Below are positions 28,475 through 38,459 of a stretch of 64,000 nucleotides of DNA, piece after piece. This stretch comes from Candidatus Heimdallarchaeota archaeon. Its GTDB lineage: Archaea; Asgardarchaeota; Heimdallarchaeia; Hodarchaeales; Hodarchaeaceae. The translations under genes were made by a program, and so were the position numbers. The DNA lies in assembly GCA_020353515.1 (NCBI GenBank), contig CP070695.1, forward strand, positions 1,570,100-1,634,099. Direction: 5' to 3'. The first letter of the stretch is position 1. Each line of letters starts with the position of its first letter. The notes below the pieces were generated by a model that saw only the letters and a list, made by a program, of their open reading frames with translations, was not told the DNA's origin and made no database searches.

Positions 28475-29173
28475 GTGTTTGTTTTGGGAATACAAGAAGA
28501 AAGTGGGTATTACTTATCAACTCGAGATAAAATTCTGCAGTATTTATTGCAGCACCGTCCATCAGAAAACGCAAGTACGATAAAAGAAATCGCAGATGAA
28601 TTGGATATCAGTATAAATGCTACCAGACAATATTTGATTGTACTAGAGAAGGAAGGGTTCGTTGCTAAATCCCAAAAAAAGGGATCTAGTGGTCGTCCTG
28701 CAATGGGCTACACCATTACTGAAGAAGCATTGAGCGCCTTCCCGAAGACTTATGCAGATTTTTCGGTGAAATTGATTACTGAACTCAAAGATCATATTGG
28801 TGTACAAGAAACAAATGAAATCCTGAAAAAGGTCGGAAAACGAATCGCTGATGAAGTACGTGATGAAGTAGAGGCTGAAATAAAACCAGATAAAGATCTA
28901 GATCCTTTACGGAATAGATTAGAAGCAGTAACTAAGATATATCTGAAATATGGAAAATATCCTGAACTTGTTGAAGATGAAGATTCCTTTGCATTAAAAA
29001 ACTTGAATTGTTTAATCTATGAAATTGCAAAGGCTGATCCATTGGTTTGTACTGTTGATGAGACTATTGTGAGCGAACTTGTTGGAAAGAAAGCAATAAA
29101 GGAAAAATGTTTGAGGCAAGGCGACGAGTGTTGCCTTTATAGGATTAAGAAATCCCAAAAATCCAAAAGTTGA
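28475..29173 (+). CDS. SufR/ArsR-like (COG2345-type) HTH regulator, copy 1
   Basis: ISINATRQYL..LEKEG, GRPAMGY, FPKTY, NC...C...C...CC. Confidence 0.85.
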   Translation: MFVLGIQEESGYYLSTRDKILQYLLQHRPSENASTIKEIADELDISINATRQYLIVLEKEGFVAKSQKKGSSGRPAMGYTITEEALSAFPKTYADFSVKLITELKDHIGVQETNEILKKVGKRIADEVRDEVEAEIKPDKDLDPLRNRLEAVTKIYLKYGKYPELVEDEDSFALKNLNCLIYEIAKADPLVCTVDETIVSELVGKKAIKEKCLRQGDECCLYRIKKSQKSKS

Positions 29174-29490
29174 ACTTACAATTTCAAAATTTCTCCAGTT
29201 TTTCTTAATACACTAAATAACGATTTTTTTTCTCCGATCTTTTTTCTATTGCGAAGTTTGTATTTCATTTCTTATTCTATCAAGTTTCCTTTCAGAATTT
29301 ACTCTAATTTCCGATTTCTTTTTTTAACTTTTTTTGGAAAAAAATGAAAAAAATGTAAAAAGATATATTTATTAATTAAATTAAATAATTTCTGATTTAG
29401 ATGAAATCACAACTAAAATGAACTTTCACGGTTGAAAAAACGATTTTGTCTCAATAATTTGCGTTTTACTCTCTATATGAGGTTGAAAAG

Positions 29491-30360
29491 ATGAAGATCA
29501 TGAAAAAGACCTTGAAAATCAGTCTTTTTATTGTTGTTTTCAGTCTAATCAGTTTAACTGTTTTAACTGTTGTAGGAGAGGTTGCTGATGATCAAGTAGG
29601 TTTTGTCTCACCAAAAATAAAAGGTGGAATAGATTTAAATGATGGAGAAATCACATCATTTTGGACAAACATCACCGACTATCAGAATGTCACTGAATTT
29701 GGAGAACATGGTTATGTAAAATTTGCTAACAATGAAACTCACTTATATACGCTCATTGTCAGCTCAACAGAAAATGTTTGGATTTCAATCGAATTTGAAC
29801 CAGATCCCTCTCTTTGCATGAAAAATTTAAACGATGGTTGGTCATTTTACATTGATGAGGAGGAAGAAACAGTACTAGCGAAAGATATTATGTTTATCGG
29901 TACTGTTATTCCAGAAGATGACGTAAAAAACGACTTACAAATCGAAAGTGTTTTTTCCGAAGGATTAGTCTACATTGAAGTAGTTAGATCTTTTGATACT
30001 TCAGACCCAGATGGTTTTGATATTGCCTTCGAGAATGGTAGTACAAATTTACTCCAATTTGCGTCTAAGAAGAAACATTTCGGGGATCATAACAAATACT
30101 ATCTTTATGTCCTTGTTAGTGACAAAACAGAGGGAAATCCTATAATTCCTGATATTCCAGAAATAGTAGATCTCAATCAGGTGAAATTTCTATTATTAGG
30201 TGTCACCCCTGTTGGTGTTTTTGGTTTTATAGGTATTCATATGATTCGGAGAGTTCTTTACAGTCCTATAAAGCATGATCATGATAGGATTGTTTCAAGT
30301 TCATGGAAACCTCCAACCCTTGTTGAACGGTTCAAAGATACCTTCCTTTCCAAGGAATAA
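29491..30360 (+). CDS. Extracellular DOMON/EbdC-like putative heme b binding protein with C-terminal TM
   Basis: Signal peptide, WISIEF..SLCMKNL (Met), EVVRSFDT..D, KKHFGDH (His); precedes a cytochrome b gene. Confidence 0.6.
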   Translation: MKIMKKTLKISLFIVVFSLISLTVLTVVGEVADDQVGFVSPKIKGGIDLNDGEITSFWTNITDYQNVTEFGEHGYVKFANNETHLYTLIVSSTENVWISIEFEPDPSLCMKNLNDGWSFYIDEEEETVLAKDIMFIGTVIPEDDVKNDLQIESVFSEGLVYIEVVRSFDTSDPDGFDIAFENGSTNLLQFASKKKHFGDHNKYYLYVLVSDKTEGNPIIPDIPEIVDLNQVKFLLLGVTPVGVFGFIGIHMIRRVLYSPIKHDHDRIVSSSWKPPTLVERFKDTFLSKE

Positions 30361-30379
30361 TCAGACAATTTTTTTCTAA

Positions 30380-31117
30380 ATGCAAATGGTGTTAAAAATG
30401 GTAACAGTTCACAAAGTTGATAGTAAAAAACCAGTTGAAAAAGCAACTGATGTTGATGGATCTATTACTGTCGTGCGATATAATAATCTACAAAGGTTTC
30501 ATCATTGGGTTCATGTTATTGTGATGATTCTTTTCTTCCTCACTGGGTTTGAGTTATTCATTAAAGTCTATTTCTTAGGAGATTATTTCTTTACTCGATC
30601 GCTTCATCTAGTTTTAGGAATTTTCGCTGGATTCTGGGATATAATCTTCTTTGGTGCGATCACTATTGGATATAGAAAGGTAAATGAGATTGTTCCCTAT
30701 CCTCGGGATTTTCTTGATATTGCTATAATCGTTCTTTGTGCGATAGGAATTCTTCCTGACGAAAAGTATCCAAAGTATGATTTTTATTTGCGGGAGAAAA
30801 AGAAATATGTAATGAAATACCATCCCCTTCAAAAACTTCTGACCGTTAGTAATGTTTTTATGATCTTTCTTATGGGAGTGACTGGTATAGCTCTAGCGGA
30901 AGAACTCGTTCCAGGATCTACAGGAATATTAAGTATTTTAGGATTGTTGGTATTTCCTTTTCAAATTTTTGAATTGGATATTCGCTTCATCCACTTTGGA
31001 ATATATGTCTACTTCCTCTTTACCACATTGGTTCATTTCTATTTTGCAGTAATTCCCCAAAATCGTCACCGGTTAAAAGGCATGGTGACTGGTAAGGAAA
31101 AGATCCGAGTCTCGTAA
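30380..31117 (+). CDS. Di-heme cytochrome b (FdnI/HyaC-like)
   Basis: QRFHHW...LTG, LHLVLG, KYHPLQK, RFIH...LVHFY, MVTG. Confidence 0.85.
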   Translation: MQMVLKMVTVHKVDSKKPVEKATDVDGSITVVRYNNLQRFHHWVHVIVMILFFLTGFELFIKVYFLGDYFFTRSLHLVLGIFAGFWDIIFFGAITIGYRKVNEIVPYPRDFLDIAIIVLCAIGILPDEKYPKYDFYLREKKKYVMKYHPLQKLLTVSNVFMIFLMGVTGIALAEELVPGSTGILSILGLLVFPFQIFELDIRFIHFGIYVYFLFTTLVHFYFAVIPQNRHRLKGMVTGKEKIRVS

Positions 31118-31410
31118 AGGGTTCAAATAGTATTATTGAAACTACCAGACCATATTTTTCCTTCTACCTTTTTTTTCTTTTCTAGTATTATTCTATCCAA
31201 TACTAAATTCAAAAGTAGTCGCTAACCAGTTTCTTCTTTAATTAATTGGATTTTGTTTTGGAATTTTGAATAATTTCAAACCTAATGAATTTTACTATTT
31301 TTGTAATTTTAGCAATAAAAATATGTTAAAAGAATTTAATATGTTTAAAACGAAGATAAATTAATAAATACCTTTTAATACACCTTTAGAATACTCTCTA
31401 CACGATAAGA

Positions 31411-32088
31411 GTGTATCCAACGTACGAAAGTGACGTACTTCCCAAACAACAGTCCAACTTCCTGTTTTCATTTATCTTTGCGATTAGTTTTCTTGTCCTG
31501 ATACAACTTTTCTCGATATTCACACTTATCTATAATTTGATAATCTTCCCATTTACCGTAATTCATGAATTAAGTCACTTTTTCGCGCTTGGCTGCTTCT
31601 TTCCAGGGAAAGAAGCCCAAATTGAGTTCCATTTGTTTGATAATGGGGTTACCTGTGCTAATGTCAAGTTTGAGAGCCTACCCCTCTCTTTAGGATCTGT
31701 AGTATCTTTTCTTGTTGGTCCATTTTCAGTTGTGGCATTTTCTGCAATAGGCATAATCGCGCTTAAAAAATTCCCTACATCAAATTTCAGGAAGATTGGT
31801 TCTCAATTCTTTAAATTCGTTTTGTTATGTGATATTCCAAATCTGTTTCCGATTCATCCTCCTATGGTTAACGCTGTCACTGATGGATATGCGGCAAGCG
31901 TGTACCTATTCCAAATGGGATATACCCCCTTCGTTTCAACGGATTTGTCAATATTTCTATATTCGATAGCTGCAATAATTTCATTTGCAGCATTTTTCTA
32001 TCTTGGAGCTGCAGTCTATTTTCTTTTACAGCAAGTAAAAGGATTTGTTTTAAAAGATAATAAGAGTCTCCACCCTCAAGTGGCTTGA
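31411..32088 (+). CDS. M50-like membrane metalloprotease
   Basis: FTVIHELSH (HExxH), VGP, NLFP..TDG. Confidence 0.65.
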   Translation: MYPTYESDVLPKQQSNFLFSFIFAISFLVLIQLFSIFTLIYNLIIFPFTVIHELSHFFALGCFFPGKEAQIEFHLFDNGVTCANVKFESLPLSLGSVVSFLVGPFSVVAFSAIGIIALKKFPTSNFRKIGSQFFKFVLLCDIPNLFPIHPPMVNAVTDGYAASVYLFQMGYTPFVSTDLSIFLYSIAAIISFAAFFYLGAAVYFLLQQVKGFVLKDNKSLHPQVA

Positions 32089-32094
32089 ATACTC

Positions 32095-32793
32095 TCAGAT
32101 TTTAGCTTTCTCAGACTTATTTATTCTATATACACAAAGCATATCTCCCTCGGACAGACACTGAACCTTATCTGCTTTTTCCCCAACGAGTTCACTGACC
32201 AAAGTTTCATCAACAACACATGCTGCGGGAAAGTTCTGAACAATATCATAAATTAAACAATTATGATTTTTTATTATGAAGGATTCTTCATCTTCAATAA
32301 TTTTAGGAAAACTTCCGTAATCATGGAAAACTTCACTTATTGCGTCTATTTTATCTTTTAAAGAATGAGAATTCGTATTTTTCTCATTTAATTTTGAAGT
32401 GAGTTTTATTTTCATCTCTTCGGCTTTTTCTTTACCCATTTCAATCAGAAGATTTCGTGCTTCTTCCTCTCCATAATTTTTTAACACACGTTTTAACAGT
32501 CGAATGGAAAAATCCGCATAGGCTTTGGGAAAAATGGTTAAAGCGTTCTTATGCAGGAAATAGGTCATTGCTGGGCGACCTGTTTTTCCCTTCTTTTTTT
32601 TTCTAATTACTAGGTTATCTTTCTCTAATTCTATCAAGTATTGGCGTATCGCGTTGGGACTTAAATCAAAAGTCTTTGCCATATCTTTTATCGAACATCC
32701 CTTAGACTCGTCTTGAATATTACTATTTACAAGTAAGAAGCTAAGTATTTCTAACCGAGTAGATGAAAGTTGTTCACTAGCTACTTGAAGCAT
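32095..32793 (-). CDS. SufR/ArsR-like (COG2345-type) HTH regulator, copy 2
   Basis: Paralog of 28475: AIRQYLIELE, GRPAMTY, FPKAYADFS, NCLIY, CVVDETLVSELVG. Confidence 0.85.
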   Translation of the reverse strand: MLQVASEQLSSTRLEILSFLLVNSNIQDESKGCSIKDMAKTFDLSPNAIRQYLIELEKDNLVIRKKKKGKTGRPAMTYFLHKNALTIFPKAYADFSIRLLKRVLKNYGEEEARNLLIEMGKEKAEEMKIKLTSKLNEKNTNSHSLKDKIDAISEVFHDYGSFPKIIEDEESFIIKNHNCLIYDIVQNFPAACVVDETLVSELVGEKADKVQCLSEGDMLCVYRINKSEKAKI

Positions 32794-33165
32794 ATATTTT
32801 TCGCCTAATAGAGCATAATGTAGACTATTTTATTCTTTATGAAGTATGTATTTTTTAACTTTTTTAAATGTTTTTACATAAAATTATAATAAACTTTCAT
32901 TAAAAAGAATTCATGCTAAGATTAAATTAAATAAATACAAAAGGTATTTCAAATATTAAAAAGTGTGGTATCAAGTATTAAGAATTTTTATTCCTTTTTT
33001 TTAATAAAAATAGACGTCATTATTCTTATTTCAACGATGACAATCCTTGAAGGAGCTCAAGAATTAGACAGCAATGTGTCTCCGACCTTCCCATTATCCA
33101 AAAAAGGATTAAATATAGTAATACAATTTTCGTTCGTATTGGTATTGATAGGGAGAATCCCACTA

Positions 33166-33888
33166 ATGGAAAATGATCAAGCGTTTATTCCAATCCCTCA
33201 AACTTATCTCGACATCATTGAAAAAGATAAGGATCATAAATGCCCCCCACCAATGGATCACTTCTGCGTCAAAGTCACTTCCGCAGCCAAACTTCCTTCA
33301 CGTTTTGGGAATTTTATTGCAATCGGATTTCATCAAACAAGTGATGATAAAGAGCATGCAGCGTTTGTTAAAGGAGATGTAGTTAATAAGGAAAATGTGT
33401 TAGTCCGATTACATTCTGAGTGCTTGACTGGTGATACAATCGGGAGTTTAAGATGTGATTGCCGTGATCAATTAGAAGGCGCCCTGAGAAAAATCGAGGA
33501 TGAAGGTGAGGGTATTGTTCTATATCTACGTCAAGAAGGTCGTGGTATTGGATTAACAAACAAATTAAAAGCTTACGCGCTTCAGGATCAGGGTATGGAC
33601 ACCGTTGATGCGAATTTAGCATTAGGATTTGAGGATGACCTCCGTGATTACCATTTGGCAGGGCATATACTCAAAAGTCTTAGAGTTAAATCTGTTAGAC
33701 TTCTTACAAATAATCCCAAAAAACTCCTTGAGCTTCAAAAATGGCAGATTAATACTACTGAACGTGTTAAGCATATTTTCCCTGAAAATCCTTTCAACAT
33801 TCAATATCTTGAGACGAAGAAGAAGCGAAGTGGGCATCTTTTAGATCCAGAAATGACTGCTGATGAATTACTTCATCAAAAACATTAA
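33166..33888 (+). CDS. ribA: GTP cyclohydrolase II
   Basis: VRLHSECLTGD..GSLRCDC, YLRQEGRGIGL, LLTNNP; probable start ATG 33166. Confidence 0.95.
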   Translation: MENDQAFIPIPQTYLDIIEKDKDHKCPPPMDHFCVKVTSAAKLPSRFGNFIAIGFHQTSDDKEHAAFVKGDVVNKENVLVRLHSECLTGDTIGSLRCDCRDQLEGALRKIEDEGEGIVLYLRQEGRGIGLTNKLKAYALQDQGMDTVDANLALGFEDDLRDYHLAGHILKSLRVKSVRLLTNNPKKLLELQKWQINTTERVKHIFPENPFNIQYLETKKKRSGHLLDPEMTADELLHQKH

Positions 33889-33960
33889 ACTCCGATCAAT
33901 TTTAGAAAAAATTGATATTTAATCTATTTTATTAATACCTACTAGAGAAGTAAGGAATTT

Positions 33961-34428
33961 TTACCTCTTAAAGCGACTCTTTAACCTTTTCCAAAGAGAT
34001 TCTTTTTTCTTTCTTGGTGAAATGTTTCCCATTGCTTGACTACGGACAATATTTAGGTTGAGTAAATCACCTTCGAACTCCTGAAAAGTATCTTCTTTGA
34101 CAATATCTCCAACTTTAGAGCCATATTTCTCAAGAAAAATGATCATTGCTTGATTTAACCGATCTTCAACCATCTCAGTACCTAGGGGATTTGCAAAAAC
34201 CATTATGATTTCTTTTTCTTTATCAATTTTGAAATCTAACCTAATATCATTAAAGATCACTGATTTCAATTCATCTTGTCCAAAGGATTCTTCTGCAAAA
34301 GAATACATAGCTGCTAAGAATCCTGTTTGTAAAGCATGATCAGGGTGTAATTTGCAATAATCTCCGCCATAACACTTAGCAAAGAGTGGAACTCCAGAGG
34401 TTTGAAGAATAAACACATCATCAGCCAT
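33961..34428 (-). CDS. Longin-like domain protein (Asgard type)
   Basis: VFIL..SGVPLF...D..LQTGFLAAMYSFAEE pattern typical of Asgard longin-like proteins. Confidence 0.65.
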   Translation of the reverse strand: MADDVFILQTSGVPLFAKCYGGDYCKLHPDHALQTGFLAAMYSFAEESFGQDELKSVIFNDIRLDFKIDKEKEIIMVFANPLGTEMVEDRLNQAMIIFLEKYGSKVGDIVKEDTFQEFEGDLLNLNIVRSQAMGNISPRKKKESLWKRLKSRFKR

Positions 34429-34544
34429 ATTTTAAACTCCTTAGGATCATTCGATATTGAATGCTGCGAATATTTCTTTTTTCCAAAGTATCCTTTAAAT
34501 TATTTATCTTATATATAAAAGATTACCATTCAATAAAAGAATCG

Positions 34545-35369
34545 TTATAAATTGAATGTTATAGGTATCGTTACTAGTATAAGGATTCCAAATACGAACA
34601 ATCTTAGTAATAACTGAATACCTACTGTTTTGATCGGCTTCTTTGAGACTTTTAACAATTCTTTCTTCCATGCTTGATGTACACTAAGAAAAGTTGGTTC
34701 AATGACCGCAATTAGGGAGATCGGATGGAGCCATTGAACTAGTATTAAAGGAATGAAAGATACAAGGAAGAAACTCCAAACTACCAAAGGACTATTTGTT
34801 GGAACTTTCCCTCGTAAACTCTCGACATATAAAATCATCAATGATGTAACACCGATATTGATCCAACTAATGGTAAAAGCTTTGAATGAGATTTCAATAG
34901 GAATATGAATTGTTGAAACAATAAAAATGAATGGGGTCATCATCGTAAAAGCAATTGAACCAAAAATTAGTTCATAAGGAGAGAGTTGTCGTGATTGAAG
35001 AGCAAATACGAACCAACCACTTGTTAATAATCCCAAAATAGCTAAAACAAGTAATATTTCCCATACTGGTTTCCAGATTATTATCAGAAAGACTATTATG
35101 AAGATAGAGAGTAATGGAATCCAAGATATTCCTGTTGATTTTCTTTTAATTGTTTCAATTATTGAATTAGAGCTGAGTATTACTAGTATAGAAAAAGTGA
35201 GAGATAATAGTAATCCTTCTAGGTGAAATTTTCCTGTTAACGACAATCCTACTCCTAATAGAACTGAAATTAGCCAGATTCCAGTCAAACCATGTTCTCG
35301 GGGAAGTTTGTATCCAAGCTTGGATAACCTACTCGAATTTCTCTCCCGGTTTTTAGATTGATTCTTCAA
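34545..35369 (-). CDS. YwiC-like membrane protein
   Basis: LPREHG near the N-terminus, K.VG near the C-terminus; TTG 35369 preferred start. Confidence 0.65.
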   Translation of the reverse strand: MKNQSKNRERNSSRLSKLGYKLPREHGLTGIWLISVLLGVGLSLTGKFHLEGLLLSLTFSILVILSSNSIIETIKRKSTGISWIPLLSIFIIVFLIIIWKPVWEILLVLAILGLLTSGWFVFALQSRQLSPYELIFGSIAFTMMTPFIFIVSTIHIPIEISFKAFTISWINIGVTSLMILYVESLRGKVPTNSPLVVWSFFLVSFIPLILVQWLHPISLIAVIEPTFLSVHQAWKKELLKVSKKPIKTVGIQLLLRLFVFGILILVTIPITFNL

Positions 35370-35370
35370 T

Positions 35371-35844
35371 TTATTCCCAATCTGAAAGTATGAAGGTAGC
35401 ATCCCAACCGGTTTCACGCTGCTCTATTTTCCCTTTTTGAGACAACAATAAAAGAACATTAAGATAATTGCCAATCAGTTCTTCTGTGAGATCAGGAATA
35501 GATTTTTTTATTTCTATAGGAGTTTTATGTCCATTCAGGAGAGCTTCTAGGATTTCAGCAGCGTCTGAGATCAATTTAAACCTATATGGTTTCTCTGCTG
35601 GTTTTTCTCCTCTAGGATAAAGAGTCCATTCACCTTCTTTATTACTGACTCGTCCAAAAGTATGCAAATAAGTTAGGAAACCTAATGAATAATATGTATC
35701 ACTTATGCAAAGATCTGTGCCTGGAGATATCTCATATGGAGAAGACTCCTCGTTAAGGTATTCCATTTTATCAACTACTTGCATAAATGTCTTAAAAGGA
35801 AAGCTGTCAAAAGGTGGATTATCAAAATACGATTTAGAAATCAT
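35371..35844 (-). CDS. Hypothetical protein, possible winged helix
   Basis: 157 aa ORF with an HTH-like C-half. Confidence 0.6.
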   Translation of the reverse strand: MISKSYFDNPPFDSFPFKTFMQVVDKMEYLNEESSPYEISPGTDLCISDTYYSLGFLTYLHTFGRVSNKEGEWTLYPRGEKPAEKPYRFKLISDAAEILEALLNGHKTPIEIKKSIPDLTEELIGNYLNVLLLLSQKGKIEQRETGWDATFILSDWE

Positions 35845-35967
35845 TTCTGACCCTCTATATTATTCAAAGAGTAATGTTCCAATTAAACTCGAATTGGATT
35901 GGCATTAAAGATGATTATTGAAACTTTTTCAGATCATATGAAAGAAATCTGATACTACTTCGATAAT

Positions 35968-36897
35968 TTAGAGAATCAAAAAGACCATTGCTAATGCTAA
36001 TGGAATAAAAAAGGAAAGAATGGGACTAAGTTTCACAAGATAAGCAATATAGATAAGATTTGGTGACTCTGAGAATCGATTTTCAATGTAGTTAACCTTC
36101 TCATACCCCTTATCTTTATAATAGCCAATAAAAGCTTCTTCGACCTCTTCCATGAATTTTTCCTCTTCTTTTTTGGTAAAAAATTCATAAATCACTTCTC
36201 TTTCTCCTCTTATTACTAAAAATAATGAAATAAAAAAAGAAACTAGAAAAAGAAAAACTGCTATCTCTGTGAAACTTAAATTAAATTTCATTTGAAAGTC
36301 AGACGCAAAAAAATCTGCTGCTGAAGGTATATTAGAAAGATCAGCTAGTGGATCTTCATAATATTCATCATGTATAATTTCGGTCGAATTTAGAATATAC
36401 ATTATTGTCATGTACACCAAAAATGGATTAAAAGTGGCTGCAATCTGCATGAGGAATTTGATTATCGGTTCAGCCCAAGCAAATATAGTTAGAAAGGACT
36501 GAATTGATTTAATCATATCCTCTATAATATCTGCCAGAAAAGGCGGTATCAATGCCATTATATCAGGCATCACAAATTCAAATAACCAAGGAAAAGTGAT
36601 TGGAGCTGTAATAGCAATAGAGATGCCAACTGATAGAAGCAGTGACCGAAGTGAGAAATAAGAAAATCGTACTCGAAATTGCTTTTCTTTAATGTCTATT
36701 ATTGTTTTTTTAGGAAAATGTTCCAAATTAATGTCTTCTAAAGGTTCAGTTCCATTTAATTGTTCTTCATCCCACTCTAATCCTCTTTTATAATTGGAGA
36801 TTGTAGATTTAAGTTGTTGTTTCTTAACTTTCTCTTTTACCCAGTTGAAGGCTTGTTGTAGTTGTTCCTCATCAGAGGGAGTAGTATCAAGAGTCAT
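35968..36897 (-). CDS. Hypothetical membrane protein
   Basis: 309 aa ORF with about 4 TM. Confidence 0.65.
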   Translation of the reverse strand: MTLDTTPSDEEQLQQAFNWVKEKVKKQQLKSTISNYKRGLEWDEEQLNGTEPLEDINLEHFPKKTIIDIKEKQFRVRFSYFSLRSLLLSVGISIAITAPITFPWLFEFVMPDIMALIPPFLADIIEDMIKSIQSFLTIFAWAEPIIKFLMQIAATFNPFLVYMTIMYILNSTEIIHDEYYEDPLADLSNIPSAADFFASDFQMKFNLSFTEIAVFLFLVSFFISLFLVIRGEREVIYEFFTKKEEEKFMEEVEEAFIGYYKDKGYEKVNYIENRFSESPNLIYIAYLVKLSPILSFFIPLALAMVFLIL

Positions 36898-37039
36898 TAT
36901 ACATCAATTCTGAATTGCATGAGATTGAATATTTACATTTAAAAATTCCATCTTCTAGTTCATCCTATATTGATAATCGTATGAAAAGTGATCATTAAAA
37001 GTGTCATGCGCAAAAAATAGATGAATTATGATCATTTTT

Positions 37040-37744
37040 TTACCTGATTTCTGTCTGGTAATAGAATTTGTATGCAAGAAAAGCGAGTACCATATAAGCC
37101 ATCGTTTTTGGTATCATTAGCATACCAATCAGTGGGAATGTTTGAACTGAGAGAATTACTGGGATGTAAAAGGCAAAAGAGATGACAATACAGTATCCGA
37201 AATTTTTGTATCTAGGATCGTGATATTTAAATCCATCACGAAGCATTAAAAACGCAGTTGCTAATCCAATTATTGTCAATGGTACATTGCGTATCAAAGC
37301 CCAGTCGTATGGTGCAATAAGGTTTCCCCATTCATTTTGTGGGAATATCATAATAATAAAACGAGTAAAACCAATCAGCATTAATCCATAATAGAATAAA
37401 TCCTTGTCTTTGGGAAATTGTATTCGCCAAATATCTAGTAGTATCATATAGAAAAACGTTATCGTTATTGATGTTGATAGAGCTCCCAATCCTACAAGTG
37501 TAGAATTCGTTTCTAATCCTCCACTAATATAAGCTAGGATTCTAAATCCAACGTGACCAGTATCTCCTAAGGCTAGTAGAAAAAAAGCTAATAGAAATCT
37601 CTGAACTATACTTCTTTCTTCAGGTACAATTTTTCCTATTTTTATTGTCATTAAGACAACAACTATCCAGATGAACGTTAAGTAGAACAGATTGAATATG
37701 ATTTCCATAACCGTTTGTATGTCACTATCCATTTTATCTGTCAC
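37040..37744 (-). CDS. Conserved ~7-TM membrane protein of unknown function
   Basis: LALGDTGHVGFR, PQNEW, RNVP, LMIPKT..Y motifs. Confidence 0.75.
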   Translation of the reverse strand: MTDKMDSDIQTVMEIIFNLFYLTFIWIVVVLMTIKIGKIVPEERSIVQRFLLAFFLLALGDTGHVGFRILAYISGGLETNSTLVGLGALSTSITITFFYMILLDIWRIQFPKDKDLFYYGLMLIGFTRFIIMIFPQNEWGNLIAPYDWALIRNVPLTIIGLATAFLMLRDGFKYHDPRYKNFGYCIVISFAFYIPVILSVQTFPLIGMLMIPKTMAYMVLAFLAYKFYYQTEIR

Positions 37745-37778
37745 TATCCAATTTCTAAATTTTGCATGACATATTAGT

Positions 37779-38237
37779 TTACAGGTTCTGCTTCAGGTTC
37801 AGAGCAAACTCTTCCGCATGTTTCAAGTCTTCAGCATTAGGTCTACCCTTATTCATTCCCCCAATTAGTTTGAGAAAACTATTCGTGTTAAAACCTTTAC
37901 AGTTAAATTCATCAACAACAATGTAACCCTTAGATTGTAATTTTTCTCTAAGCGCCGAGTGAGCTTTGGCGGTTTCTCTGGTCATTCCACTAGTTGAGAA
38001 AATGAATGCTTTCTTGTTAGTGATTTGTGGTAGTTTATCAGCAAGGTTAAGTAGAGTTTTATGATGTTTTTCATCATATATTCCTGAACCAAAGCCAATT
38101 AGACTATAATCTTGAAGCTCTTCAAGATTTATTTGCCGTGGTGTTTTTATTTGTGCATCAAGAACTTTTGCGAAGACATTAGCGATTTTCTCAGTATTTT
38201 TGTGATGAAATGAAAACAAAACCAATAAATTTTTCAT
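37779..38237 (-). CDS. Flavodoxin family protein
   Basis: SFHHKNTEKIA, IGFGSGIY, FIFSTSG, NKGRPN. Confidence 0.9.
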   Translation of the reverse strand: MKNLLVLFSFHHKNTEKIANVFAKVLDAQIKTPRQINLEELQDYSLIGFGSGIYDEKHHKTLLNLADKLPQITNKKAFIFSTSGMTRETAKAHSALREKLQSKGYIVVDEFNCKGFNTNSFLKLIGGMNKGRPNAEDLKHAEEFALNLKQNL

Positions 38238-38459
38238 AAATGAAACACCTCATTTTTCTATTTTTATCCTTTTAGTCTTAAAAAGCATTCTTCCATGAAA
38301 GCGTATGTTGGGCAAACTCTTAATCTCACATAAAGAAGTGTTCCTGCCAGAATTCCTATAAATCCAACTAAGGAGATTAAAGCGAATGGAGAGAAATTGC
38401 ATAAGAACGAAATAGGGATTCTTTCTTATCAGTTATAACTTACAAAGCTTCAAGAAGCT

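Noticed and set aside
29375-32934. Identical ATTAAATTAAATAA at 29375 and 32921 as an operator for the SufR-like regulators
   Set aside because: It is a pure A/T word in very AT-rich intergenic DNA and cannot be distinguished from chance without statistics.
32965-33165. FMN riboswitch or N-terminal extension upstream of ribA
   Set aside because: No FMN aptamer consensus is visible, and the 67-codon extension looks like AT-rich promoter sequence.
38264-38425. Start-less minus-strand frame (IPISFLCNFSPFALISLVGFIGILAGTLLYVRLRVCPTY...), possibly a gene remnant
   Set aside because: No start codon and no recognisable family, so support is too weak.
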